Positions 1 to 13,645 of a stretch of 64,000 nt of DNA are shown here, in pieces; position 1 is the stretch's first letter, and each line of letters opens with the position of its first letter. The notes beneath the pieces are model-generated. The model was not told the origin of the DNA. It ran no database searches and saw only the letters and a program-made list of their open reading frames with translations. The stretch covers positions 1 to 64,000 of the forward strand of contig NIVC01001899.1 of assembly GCA_002269645.1 (NCBI GenBank), given 5' to 3'. The stretch comes from Macrostomum lignano (taxonomy: Eukaryota). Both the position numbers and the translations under genes were made by a program.

Positions 1-87
1 AATCTGAACGATAGGAAAAAGAAAATAGTCAAGTTAGTCTTTTTGAGACGTGTACTACACAGGAATGAAGGCAATAAATCGTCTTAC

Positions 88-3000
88 CGAGAAACTAACA
101 GTCGGGGACGCAAAACTAGGTGCAAACTCGTTGACATCCTCACGGACACGGTGAGAGTTGACGTGGCCGATTTAGCTGGCGAACCGTTGTCCTGAACCTG
201 CACCACAAGCTGGTAAACTGGTATGGCCTCCGATTGAGAGTTACAGGCGAGGCCACGGTCACTTTGGCCAGTGCTGGCATCGATAGCGAACGCGGTGCTA
301 TTATTGCCGTCAATGATGCTGTACGTGAGTGTGCCATAGGTTGAGTCTCGGTCAGTAGCGGCGATGGTGTACACTAGCGTGCCCGCCGTGGAGTTCTCCA
401 CCAGTTTCACCGTGTCGGGTAGGCCTGAGAACTGCAATAGAAGAGTTGTAAGTAAATTTCGTTTTTTAAGCAGTCCAATACATTTAAAATTAATTGGATC
501 AAACGAAAGATTCAGTTATTTTTTAAATATACGAGTACTACTTAAAAGTCTTACAACGGCGTGTGGTCGTTGATATCATTAACGGTGATTACAAGGGTTG
601 TGGTACCCGTGCGTGGTGGCGACCCGCCATCTTTTGCAAGCAGCAACAGGCGATAGACGCCGAACTGTTCGCGGTCGAGCGTGGCCGCCGTTGTCACAGC
701 CCCGGCACTAGATACTGTAAACTTAGACGCGTCCGAAATGCCGTCCTGAGACGTGAGGAGTACGTTAGCTGGGCGTTTACACCGGCGTCTGCATCGGTGC
801 AGCATAGGTGCCAACAGTGGTAGACGGCGCTGACTCCTCCGCTACAGAGGCGGCAAAAGAGGCCGAAGCAAAAGCTGGAGTGTTGTCGTTTTGATCAGCA
901 ATCGTGATGAAAAAGCTTCTTTGAGTTGTGCGCTGCGGGGTACCCATGTCGGTAAGCGCGATAGTGATATTGTGCAGGCTGCAGTTCTCTCGGTCGGGAT
1001 TGGCAGTCGTCTTCAGCTGACAGTTGTCGCGTCGATGGTGAAAATCGCCGGCGTGGACTGCCCACAATCGAGCAGTTTGCAATTCCGCTTAAGCCGGAAT
1101 CAGCATCAGTCCAGGTGATGGTTTGGGTCAAAAGGCGGAACCAACATTTTCGTCTATAGTTTTTGTGAACTCCACAGTAGATCCAAACTGTGGATCATTG
1201 TCGTTGACGTCAGTCAGGCTGATGGTCAGAGTGCCCGACGCAGTTAGAGGTGTGGCGTCGGTTACTTTTACCATCAGGACAAAGGGACCCCTTGTTGAGC
1301 TTGAGTCATAGTCCAACGCCTGGTTTACTGAAACTCGGCCAGTTGAGGCATCGAACGCAAACAGATTCGAATTCGCAGATGGAGAGAAGTCGACAAGTGA
1401 CATTGTAAGCGGTCCTGTTCCACCAGTGCCCAAGTTGGGAACAAATTGAAATACCTGAGTGCCCACTGAAGAGCTCTCGGACACCGTGACAGCACTGTTA
1501 GCAACTGTAAACGTAGGCGGCCTAGCTGTGACGGCTATGTTAACCGTCACAGAGCAAGTGGCTGATCGAGCGGGGCTGCCACCATCTGTAGCTACAACTA
1601 AAAGCGTGTTTGATAGGGTATCGGACGAACTGAAGCTGCGCACGCTACTGAGACGAGTGCCACTAAGCTGGAAGTCTGGGCTCAGAGCAGCTGAAATCAG
1701 ATTGTGGAGTTTCTTTTGTTAGTTCACTCATTATGATAGCGGATAATTATGGCAATAATATCAAACAGTGCTCTTCTTACCCGCATTGTTTAGACTGAAG
1801 GTCAGCTGCGCGTTAACTCCAGAGTCAGCGTCGGTAACTCTGCCCGATGCACCGAAGTCTACCAGCTGTTTGGCCGCTTCGCCCTCATACAGGGTGATGG
1901 TCTGAGAAGCTGGATTGCAAACTGGCGTGTTATCATTGATGTCAGTCACTGAGACGGCCACGGTGCAGTTAGCAGTGGAAGAGAGGCCGCCTCCATCTGT
2001 TACGCTAACCAGAAGCGTGTAGCTGCGGCTGTCTCTCTGTCCAGTGCCGCGGCTGTTTGCAGCGCTCCCGAAGCCGAATTGATCGAAAATTTACCGGCGT
2101 CATTTCCACCAACAATGGACCAGGTCAGGGTGGCGTGATTCAGGCCTCGGTCGGCGTCAGTTGCCGCCATTGAGACGCTCGTACCACCGATAGTTTTCAA
2201 AGCTAGTGCTGTCCCTGTTCCCGAATCCTCAGCTAGACTAGCAGTGAGAGCCGTGTAGGTGAGCACCGGTGCAAACTCATTAACAGGTGTCACCGAGACA
2301 ACGGTTGTGTAAGTACTGGACCTGAGAGAGCTGATCGTGGGTGCATTGTCTGACACAATCAGACGCACTGAGTAGCTGGTGGTGGCACTGGCTGGATCAT
2401 AATCCAGTGCGCTGCTGGCAGTGACGGCTCCGGATGAGCTGACTTGAAACGGGGTGCCGGGCACTAGAGCGAACTGTAGCGTTGTTGCAGTGCCGTCTGA
2501 GTCGCTGCAACTAGTTGCAGAGTAGGCAGCGGTACCAACTGCTTGAGCCTCATTCATGGACGCGGTTGTTGGCACTGTGCAGGTTGGGCTGAATTCGTTA
2601 ACATCAAGTACATTGATGGTCACCGCCATACTGACCGACTTGGCCGGAGTAGCGCTGTCAGTGACTACTACTTCAAACTGATGGATTCTAGCGGTTTCAA
2701 AGTCCAGAGCAGTGGACACAGTGATTGCGCCGCTGGTCGGATTGACTGCAAAGTGGCTGTCAGATGCACTGGCACTCATTGTGTAGGTCAGGGTGTCTTT
2801 GGCATCGCCATCAGTGCAAATCACAACCGGCGAAGTCAGACTGGTGAGAGCAGTACCAACTGTAACGTCTTCACGGATGTTATTCACCGTGACTGTGCTG
2901 GACTGCAGCTTGGTGCGTGTAAATTTACATCCGTAACAGCGACTGTGACTGTAGTTGTGGCAGTGTGTGGTCCAGCACCGTTGCCATCCACTGCTGTGAC

Positions 3001-6000
3001 CTGTAATTCGATTTTTTTACCACTTTTCTGTAGAATACCTAAACTCGATTCTTACTGTAGAATCGTTTCTAACATAAGTAATATATGGCCTCAGATAAAT
3101 CTACTGGATTATTTGTATAATAGCTACATAAACTGTATGTCTGATGGTTTATAATTTAACATCTAATCTTTATGAATACAATGTATCGTCGGAAATTATA
3201 AAAATTAAAAATAGTTATGCTCACCGTGAAGACCACTTGCGTTACGGTGTCGTAGTTCAGTATATTACCAGTTGTTAATATTAATCCATTGGTAGAATTG
3301 ACACTGAAATAGCCCGCCGAGTCTCCAGTTAGCTTGGAGTACAATATCTTGTTGTTATTGTTCAGGCGCGTGTCGCCGTCAGTGGCGGTTACCGTGGTGA
3401 CGGTGGTACCTGCAGCCGAGCCTCGGGGACACTGGCGGAGTAGTTTGCTGGGCTAAAGACTGGAGGCAGGTCGTTCGAGTCCAGGATAACGATACTAATC
3501 GTCCCTGTACCTGTTAGGCCTCCACCATCTGTTGCCACAATCTGCAAAACATAGGGCGAACTTCCGGAGACAGCTTCGTAATCGATCGTCATGCCTGAAG
3601 CCACCGTGATGACACCAGCGTTACTGATTGCAAACATCCCGCCAGTGTTGCCTGATGCGATCGCGTAGCTGGTGATCGCATGCGGTGAGTAGTCAGCATC
3701 GGTCGCCGCGAATGTCGTTATCGTCGTGGAGCTGGCTACGGTCTCATACACCGACAGCGTGACAGTGGCCGTAGGAAACGTCGGCGTGAACTCGTTAGCG
3801 GCAGTCACAGCCACAGTTGCTGTAGCCAGACCCGATTTGGATGAGTCAGCCGGATCAACGCTCGAATAAGTATCGTATACGTTTGTACTGCGCTATCGTA
3901 GTCAACTGGCCCGTTGAGGGATAGGACACCTGTCAAGTTGTTTACGGAGAAAGGTACAGAACTGTCTACTAGCTGATAGTAAACCCCGTTGCCATCCCCA
4001 TCTGTGCAGGTGATGGTTGTGGCTGGCGTCAGAGCCGTTGGGAAGCTGGCTGCTGTTTCCAATACAGAAGCCGAGTAAGTCGCCGGCGAACAGGACGGCG
4101 TGTAGCGATTCACGTCGGTCACTGTCACTGTCACCACGACGCTGCCAGTTCTCGGCGTTGCCCGCTATCGACAGCCGTGATAGTTAGCGAGTAGGAGCTG
4201 GCCGTTGGATAGTCCAAGCCTGAGACGAGCGTTAGCTTAGTGCAGCCAGTTAGCCTGCAATAGTTTAATGAATTTTAAATTATTTTTATTATACGAAGCG
4301 TGATACAATACGTCTATGTGTGTATATATATGGAAACTCTGACATAACATCTTTGGCTAAATCGCCCCAAGACCAGCGGTGATGCGATCCTGCACATTCC
4401 GCTGACTCCTGAGCACAAGTGTACTGTACTCAGGCACGCAATTATACACACGCTCCCACAGGGTGTACAGCGGTCTTGACTTTCTATTTGTCAGACATGT
4501 ACACTCTGCCTTCGGAGTTGATCCTCATGGGTGGAAATTGAAGCCAAAAAATTTCCCCTGTCAAAACTTACCCAAAAGTGCCAGTAGGCGCTATCGAGCA
4601 CGCAACTGTGCCGTCGGTTCCGTAGTCTTGGTCAACAACGCTAATATCAGCAACGTCACCGATAGCCTGGGTTTCAGGCAAGGTAATGCTACTGCCAATC
4701 GGTATCGATACGACTGGAGTGTGATCGTTGGTTGTAGTGATGGTTACGGAGAGGTTGGCTGTTGCTGTCCTGTAACTGCCAGCACCATTATTATCCAAGC
4801 ACGTGACGATGAGCAGGTAGCTAAGCGGATGGTTTTTTGGCCTGTCCGGATCGATGGCCGTGTTCAGTTCGATGATTGTTGAGTTTGCGGAGTTTGTGCG
4901 GAACAAGCTAAGATCGTTGCCACTGGTGATCTGGCAGGTAATTATCGTGTTGGAGCTGTCTGGATCGGAAACAACCATCTGTTTCACCAGAGTTCCAGCG
5001 GCGGAATCTGAATTTCGGGTATTAAGTTTCAGTCATTTTTTACTTGAAGCACTAGTGAATACTTTTGTCTTCATACGGTAATTTTTTGCATTGTATTTAT
5101 CCAATTACCTTCGACAAGCGTCGCAGAGAATGGATCGCCAGTGAACGTTGGGTCCAACTCATTGAAGTCCGTAACGTCAACCCGCACAGTCTGGATGATG
5201 CTGTTTGGAGTCCCAGTGGTGGGATTATCTCGCGCCTGTACAACGAAGTTGATGTAGGTGTAGGCTGGCGTCGCCTCTCGGTCAAGGATGCCTTTAGTCT
5301 TGACCTGCACCTGGCCAGAGCTGCTGGAGATATTAAATACGGAGCTGAGATCTACGCTGGTAGAGCCGTCCGTACCGGTTACTGAGGCCAGACTGTAGAT
5401 CACCTGACCGTCTGGCCCGGAGTCGTAGTCAATAGCAACCGCGGTGAACACTGCGAATCCTTCGTCGGCATTCTCCGATACCGAGTTGATTGCGGTAGTG
5501 GCACTTATCCACGGCGGGTTGAATGTTCCCCATACTGGCGGGCCTAGGTTTCTTGGCAGCACGTGCACGGTGACTGTGACGGTCGCTGTGCGCTGCGCCG
5601 AGGCGGGTGTCGCGCTGTCGCGCACAGTGATCACCAGAGTTTTGGACGGCGCCGCGGAATCGTACGTTAGAAAGGTTGTTGTCAAGGCACCTGGATAAGT
5701 CATGTGACCAATTATCAATATGAGTTGAATATAGATTGTGTTATAATTTTTTTAAGCAAAACTCGCTGACTTACCAGTGGTAGACGAAAGGGTCAGATTT
5801 CGCGTGTCCCCCGACAGAAAAGAATAGGCCAGTAGCTGGTTGTCACCCAGATCGGCATCGGTGCAAGGAATGCTTGCCACTAGGGTGGCTGCACTGTCCG
5901 CGGTGACGCTGACATTATACGTGTTGGGACTGCACACAGGTGTGTTATCATTGACGTCAGTTATGCTGACTGTCAACGTTGTGGTGCTGCTCCTAGCTGG

Positions 6001-9000
6001 AGACCCCTGATCCAGTGCCCTCATTTCAATCACGTACGAATCCTTGGTTTCCCTGTCTAGAGCCTCTGTCAGCAGAAGCTTTGTTCGGTCTCCGGTTAAA
6101 CTGAAATTAATCGAACGCGTAATAACTCAATTCAAGCGCATAAGCCTTGTGTGCACGACTTGTGTGCACGACTCTACATGTAGAAACGAGTTCTAAATTC
6201 AGTAGCTCGTATTACTGGTCCTAATGCTGCTTTTCTAATCTACCCAATCGCTGAGAACGAAAACAATGTGAATTTGGCTCCTAATCAAAGCCGCTTCTCT
6301 GGTATTCGTGCTTCGATCAGCATTCTCCAACGATTTCATCTGCCGCTTGAGACTTGAAAGCTTAGGCATCAGGAAAAGCGAGAAGGAAGTTGAACTTCCC
6401 AATGTGAAATGCGTTGGATGGAGAAATATTGCTAAACTAATATTAATCTAAGGAGAAATTTTAGGATTTCGACGTAGAAGCAAGAAACTTACGCGAACGG
6501 TGTTGTTGGACTCAGCGATATGGTGAAAGTACCGTCGTTTCCATAGTCCAAGTCGTCCGCAGTCACACTGACAATGAAACTGGATACTGACGTGTCTTCC
6601 GGGATCACCATCGTTGTCGAGTTCAGGGTGATTGTCGGATCGTAATCGTTGACGAGGGTCACATTGACCGTGATGTAGGCTGTCGATGTCAGCACTGGAG
6701 TTCCCAGGGTGCCGTTGTTCATATCGGCGCAGTGCACGGTTAGAAGGTAGATGGTGGGATCGAGGGTGGGCTTGTCCGGCTGAATGACGGAGGCGGTCTC
6801 TACAAGCTTCTTATCGGCCGTGTTGATTGCAAACCGATTCAGACTGTTACCAGCGGCAATGGCGCACACAACTGCTGTATTCGAGTAGTCCGGGTCCGTG
6901 GCAACAATAGTCTGCACTGCGGTGCCCGCTGTCGTGGCTGGAATTTGGGACACGTTTAAAAGAATTACAAATTAATTTACGCACACAGGTACATATACGA
7001 ATAATACTATATGTACTTGTACATTACACCTGCCCTAATGAGCAGATGTGCAACCGACAGCTCAGCCGCAGCTATTGTGCGGCGCATCTGAAGGCTACGT
7101 ACAGCTGTTCAGTCCAAGGACTGGGAGGTCGCCACACCCACCCTCAATTACCTCAACTAATGCTGGCACCCATTTTACAGCTGGGTGAACTGAAGCAATG
7201 CAGAGTTAAGTGTCTTGCTCAAGGACACAAATTGTTTCAGTTGGATCGGGAATCGAACCCCTGACCTACAAGCTGAGAGTCCAACGCTCTAACCACGAGG
7301 CTACAATCTCTTCACTAGGCTACAACTTCACTAGGCTACAACCCCTTCACTAGGATACAACCCCTTCACTAGGCTACAACCCCTTCACTAATAGGTTACA
7401 ATCCCTTCACTACAAGGCTACAACCCCTTCACTAGGCTACAGCTTCACTAGGCTACAACCCCTCCACTACTAGGCTACAACCCCTTCACTAGGCTACAAC
7501 CCCTTCACCAGGCTACAACCCCTTCACTAGGCTACAACCCCTTCACTAGGCTACAACCCCTTCACTAGGCTACAACCCTTTCACTAATAGGTTACAATCC
7601 CTTCACTACAAGGCTACAACCCCTTCACTAGGCTACAACCCCTTCACTAGGATACAACCCCTTCACTAGGCTACAACCCCTTCACTAGGCTACAACCCCT
7701 TCACTAGGCTACAGCCCTTTCACTACAAGGCTACAACCCCTTCACTAGGATACAACCCCATCACTAGGCTACAACCCCTTCACTAGGCTACAACCCCTTC
7801 ACTAGGATACAACCCCTTCACTAGGCTACGACCCCTTCACTAGGATACAACCCCTTCACTAGGCTACAACCCCTTCACTAGGCTACAACCCCTTCACTAG
7901 GCTACAACCCTTTCACTAATAGGTTACAATCCCTTCACTACAAGGCTACAACCCCTTCACTAGGCTACAACCCCTTCACTAGGATACAACCCCTTCACTA
8001 GGCTACAACCCCTTCACTAGGCTACAACCCCTTCACTAGGCTACAGCCCTTTCACTAATAGGCTACAACCCCTTCACTAGGATACAACCCCATCACTAGG
8101 CTACAACCCCTTCACTAGGCTACAACCCCTTCACTAGGCTACAACCCCTTCACTAGGCTACAACCCCTTCACTAGGCTACAACCCTTTCACTAATAGGTT
8201 ACAATCCCTTCACTACAAGGCTACAACCCCTTCACTAGACTACAACTTCACTAGGCTACAACCCCTTCACTAGGATACAACCCCTTCACTAGGCTACAAC
8301 TTCACTAGGCTACAACCCCTTCACTAGGATACAACCCCTTCACTAGGCTACGACCCCTTCACTAGGATACAACCCCTTCACTAGGCTACAACCCCTTCAC
8401 TAGGCTACAACCCTTTCACTAATAGGTTACAATCCCTCCACTACAAGGCTACAACCCCTTCACTAGGCTACAACCCCTTCACTAGGATACAACCCCTTCA
8501 CTAGGCTACAACCCCTTCACTAGGCTACAACCCCTTCACTAGGCTACAACCCTTTCACTAATAGGCTACAACCCCTTCACTAGGATACAACCCCTTCACT
8601 AGGCTACAACCCCTTCACTAGACTACAACTTCACTAGGCTACAACCCCTTCACTAGGCTACAACCCATTCACTAGGCTACAACCCCTTCACTAGGATACA
8701 ACCCCTTCACTAGGCTACAACCCCTTCACTAGGCTACAACCCCTTCACTAGGCTACAAACCCTTCACTAGGCTACAACCCCTCCACTACTAGGCTACAAC
8801 CCCTTCACTAGGCTACAACCCCTTCACTAGGCTAGAACCCCTTCACTAGGCTACAACCCTTTCACTACTAGGCTACAATCCCTTCACTACAAGGCTACAA
8901 CCCCTTCACTAAGCTACAACCCTTTCACTACTAGGCTACAATCCCTTCACTACAAGGCTACAACCCCTTCACTAGGCTACAACCTCTTAACTAAGCTACA

Positions 9001-12000
9001 AACCCCTTTTTGATGCAGAGCTGATGTTGAAAACCTGTCTGTAAACCAGTAGCTATACTCACTTTCTGGTATCGCAGGTGTGTAAAGTCCAGTTGAAGGC
9101 GTGAAAGCCGGCGGGAATTCGTTATAATCCGATATTCCGATTCGAACTGTCTGCGTGATAGTGTAGGTCGTGCCAGATGCAGGCGAGTCGCGAGCCTCTA
9201 CAGTGACATCAACATAGCTGTAGCCTTCGCGATCGAGCACTGTAGAATTAGCTATGCTGACTGCCCCACTGGAACCGTTAATAGCGAAAGCCTCCATCAC
9301 TGAGGACCCATTCTCCGCGACTGCGCCTGAGATGCTGTAGACGACTAGACCATCGTCTCCAGCGTCGTCGTCTGTTGCGCTGGCTGTAAATACAGTCTGA
9401 TTCACGGCCAGATTCTCCAGAATGGTAGAAATCGGAGTAGTCGCCGATGTCCACGCCGGGCTAAACGTGGACCAAACTGGGGAGTAGTCATTGTTATATT
9501 CGACCCAAACTGTAACCGTTCCAGTCGAGGACTTCTGACCGCCCGAGTAAGTACCGGCAGTATTATCCGCGCAGGAAAGGGTAAGAACATAGTTTATAGG
9601 ATCAGAGGTGGGCGAATCCGGCTCGATCTGCGTTTTCAGCTCCAACGATGTACCATCCGCGCGCATTTGAAATCGATCCAGCGTGTTCCCGGATGTGATT
9701 GTGCAGGATATGGCCGTGCGCGAGAAGTCCGGGTCGCTCACGGATACGTTTAGGACCAGAGTCCCGGCGGGAGCGGCTGAGGAATAACGATTGTGCGTCA
9801 ATAAATTAAGGACGATTAAATTATCGGAAACCACTGGTTAGTAAGTGGAAGTAGCACCTCTAATGAAGGAAAACATATCTAAAGGTCCAGGTGTTTCGCT
9901 TTAAAATATTGGCAATTTTCTCACCTTTGAGAAGAATTCCAAATATCACTTGAAAATGGAAAACAAATAATGATAGCTGTGCGTGGTAAAATCTTATTTA
10001 ATGTTATGCATACCTTTTATCATGGATATCTATGGTATACATGAAATGGTATCCTGTATCACAGAGGTCCCTGGCATTCTACAAAAAACTAGAATGAACA
10101 ACCTTGTACATGTACATAAAGCAATCCCCAATTAAACTCATCATATGCATATTGGATTTATTCTATGTGGGAGGGCCAATTCTTGCTAATGCATTATAGA
10201 TTTCATGACTTTGAAATGTCACGTCCTTTACTACCACCGGTATTTGTAAATGGTCTTATAAAATGCATAGGAGTTGCGTTTTCCAAAAGAATAGTTAACT
10301 AGTATGAGCACTCACTCTCTGAGAAAGAAACGTTATATAGCCCAGTTGAAGGGTCGAATACCGGTGTAAATTCGTTTACATCCTTGAGATTGACTTGAAC
10401 TGTCTGAGTAATCGTCAACCGATCGGCTGTAACCGTCGGGCTGTCCATCGCTAGCACAACGAACTCAACGTGGCTGTATGTCTCTCTGTCGAGAGCCGGG
10501 GTGGTCGCTGCAGTCCTGGACACTACTCCACTTGAGGAGCCAATCGTGAACAAAGCGCTGGCATCCGCTCCAGTGTTGAACTTGACTGTCGAGAAGCTGA
10601 ATGTCACGACTCCGTCAGTTCCGTAGTCCACATCCGAGGCAGCGGCGGTAAAGATGGTTCCACTGGCCAGATTCTCATCAATCGTAGTAATTGGAGTAGC
10701 AAGAGCCGGAGTGAACGTTCCCCAGGTCGGTGAGTTGTCATTCACTGGCGTCACGGAGACAGACACTGTGCCAGTCGACGCGAGCGAGCCGCCGCTGTAG
10801 ACACCATTGAAATTGTCATAGCAGACGATGGTGAGCGTGTAAGTTAAGCTGTTGTTTGTCGGCGAGTCCGGCTCGATGGCGGCCTTCAGCTCGATGGTTT
10901 GATTGTCCGACCGAAACTGGAACTTGCCGTCCGGGTCACCTGAGCTGATGGTGCACGCAACGTTTGTCGCGGCGCTGTCCGTGTCCGTCACCGTTAGAGC
11001 TTGGATTGTTGTACCCACTGTGGCACCTGGAATAATGACAAAGTTTACTTTGTGTAACTCATATCCAAATATTTTTATAGAATTTGCGCCAATTCGACTC
11101 ACTTTCGCTGATGGTAACGCTGTAAGTTGAAGTCGACGAAAAAGTTGGAGCAATCTCGTTCACATCTTTCAGATCGATCCGAACTGTAGTTGAGACCGTT
11201 GCTGGAGACGTGTCTACCGCCTGCAGAACCAAGTCAATAAAGGAGATCGCTTCTCTGTCAAGCAGTGACGCATCGTTCACCGTAATCACGCCTGTGGAAG
11301 CCCCGATGGTGAATGCAGCCGTCGTTGATGATGCAATCGAATAGGTCACGGTGCCCGTGGCCCCTGTGGTGGTTATTGTCAGCACCGTTGTGGTAGCCGC
11401 CATGTTTTCGTCTATCGTGACGGTGGCGGTTGGGTACGTCTGCTGAGCTGGGCTGAATGTATCCCAGGCTAGCTGGGCAAATGCAGTACCTGAAATGTGT
11501 CGATATTGTTTTTAAAGTAGATCGATGGCAATTTGATATTCGATTCGATTGGGAAACCTGAACTAGCTCCAAAATAGATTTGTGTGTAATTTTTAAGGCT
11601 TTAACCTGTTAAAGCTGCACATTTAAAGTAAAACTTATTTATATCATTACACGCAAGTCCTTGCAGATCGTTTAAAACTTGTCATGCTTATATGTACATA
11701 CAGTTACTATATTCATCAAAGCTTGCAACAATTTAGCAGACCAGGGTTTCTAACTGATTTAATGATATAATGGTAACTTCTAGTGGTCCTTGAAGCAGCA
11801 TCGAAGATGGAAAAGTTTTGCTTCTTAAAAACTTTTGGTGAGCAGTCATCAGAACTCTGTTGAGTAGAAGGCATGAGGGGGCTTTTGGGACAAATTTTTT
11901 AACCTCCTCCATAATCCCATTAAATCCATCCATATTATCCCCGACAGAATCAGAAAAAAAGGGGGTCGCACTTGCTCCGAAAACTTCCTCCATAATCCCA

Positions 12001-12242
12001 TTAAATCCATCCATCAAGAAAATTCAACTTTTCTCGACAATACGAGCGTAGTGCGTTCGCAAGCATCTACTTAAGATTAATTGGTTAAAAATCAACAACC
12101 AACAAAGGCACGCGGATACGGAAATTTGATGCGCACTCTTACCTGGGAACAGAGTGGCCTGCATAGCAACTAGCAGCAGAATTCTGATCATGATCAAGCG
12201 CGGGAGCCTAGCGCTTCGGTCACTGACTCCGTTGGGTGCCAT
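88..12242 (-). CDS. Giant cadherin-repeat protein (Fat/Dachsous/cadherin-23-like), 5' part; at least 22 EC repeats; continues past the left edge
   Basis: Exons read by hand, all with GT-AG boundaries: 12242-12143 (signal peptide [17 protein letters not shown]), 11489-11103, 11026-10316, 9776-9063, 6937-6493, 6100-5775, 5690-5109, 5007-4572, 4254-3225, 3000-1781, 1690-555, 431-88. Repeated cadherin motifs LDRE, DxD and DxND(N/E)xP. The first 8 exons join in frame. Exons below about 4250 contain several 1-bp indels. Confidence 0.93.
4340..4530 (-). mobile_element. Diverged, headless copy of the SINE family found at 23455-23827, inside a cadherin intron
   Basis: cacattccgctgactcctgagc and cacagggtgtacagcggtcttgactttctatttgtcagacatgtacact align with cccattccgccgactcccctgagc and cacaggagtgtacagcggccctaactttatattatcgttaggcatgtacact at about 23550-23665. 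Confidence 0.6.
7025..7305 (-). mobile_element. tRNA-derived SINE with a CORE-like central domain
   Basis: Minus strand reads tagcctcgtggttagagcg (A box), gggttcgattccc (B box, 7248-7260), then gtgtccttgagcaagacacttaac...cagctgtaaaatggg, which resembles the CORE-SINE domain. Confidence 0.75.
7299..9006. repeat. 19-bp minisatellite (ggctacaaccccttcacta)n in a cadherin intron
   Basis: About 1.7 kb of tandem copies with short variants, starting exactly at the SINE 5' end. Confidence 0.97.
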
Positions 12243-13645
12243 TCGGATTCAGTGTCCGAATCAGCCAAGTAAAAGAAGGTCAACACGTTCGAAATTCAAC
12301 TTTTGCACCAGTCAGTTTGGGAAAAATGAACTGGCAGAGAGCGTGCTAGTTGCGAAAATATCTTAAACAGCTTGCTTGGCACGTTGGCCTATTTGAGCTT
12401 TGACGTCAGCAGGGAGAGAAGCATTTTTTCTCTGGCTGGCAACCCTCAATTGGTTGAGCAGCTTCTTTGCTCGCCCCTTCACTCCTCCGTCTCTCGGTTG
12501 ATGCCAAAAGACACAATAGCTGCTGAGCGAATGCTATTTTCTTGAGTAGCCAGGTGCAAAGGTTTAGAGATGGATATGGAGAGAGAGAGAGAGAGAGAGA
12601 TGAAAAAAACAAATTGAAAGAACATTGTCTGTGCTGCATTCTCTGTATCGTGAAAAAAGACTAGCAGACCCTCCGGCCGCTCGGCGAGGGCGATCTTCAT
12701 CTATAAATAGAGTCTGGAGTGCGACTCCAATATGAGCTGTAGAAGTTTAGTTAGTTAGCCGATGTGGCTACTCCAGATTCTATAAGATCTCCTTGGGCCA
12801 GCGTTGCGCACAGTGAGGCGGAGTTGAATCTGCAGCGATATAATAGGGTGGAATGTCTTCACAAGAGAGATTCAATAGGAAACTGCCGTATGCAATAGGC
12901 AAGGTGCGGCTCCCATGCCATGCTTTTTTACTCTGGGCTTCATTGAAAATTATGGATGAGGCAAAAGCACTCAACCCTGCAGCTATTGCTGCCCTGCACT
13001 CATGGCACTGCAGACAGACAGCCAGACTGACGGATTGTGTGCAGTGCAGCAACTTCACACTGTGCAGGCCTTCCTGTGTGACCACGGTTAATTCTTAGCC
13101 CCGTTGCTCGCTGCAAAAATGCACACCCAGTGTTGATAGCAACGGAAAAAAACAATTTAAAAATTAGTCTCTTACCATTTGAAAAAGTGCAATAACCAGT
13201 TTTAGGACTTATTGACTGGCTGCAACTGCCAAACAATTTTTCGTCCTTAATTTGAGTCTTTATTGGGACCATTTATGTTTTAAATAGAGAATAGAAAATA
13301 TTCAGTTTCCCAAAAACTAATAATCAAAGAATCTCAGGCTAGAGTAGACTCGACTCAATCGGAAAATATGGCTAGATGCGCCTCTTTTTGCATTTCCATA
13401 TTGTGCAGTATTTCGACAAGAGAAACGTAATGAAATCAAATTTTATCAAAATACAAATCTTTAGCGACCTTGTGCCTACTTACAGTAGCTAGTATCCAAT
13501 TTTTGGTGAAAAAAGAATCATAATGAAAAGTAAGTGAATTTTAACATTAAAAATAAATAAAACATTGGTATTCTAATGTGTTTCATACAAGATGTTTGTT
13601 CCTTTGAAAGGCAGGTGTAAAATGCAACATAAAACTGGATTATGT

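Noticed and set aside
11733-12017. 94-aa ORF with a repeated [11 protein letters not shown]
   Set aside because: Arises from the 29-bp direct repeat within a cadherin intron; AT-rich and unlike real exons here.
12701-12710. TATAAATA as the cadherin or scramblase TATA box
   Set aside because: Spacing to any initiator-like site is unconvincing and the TSS is unknown.
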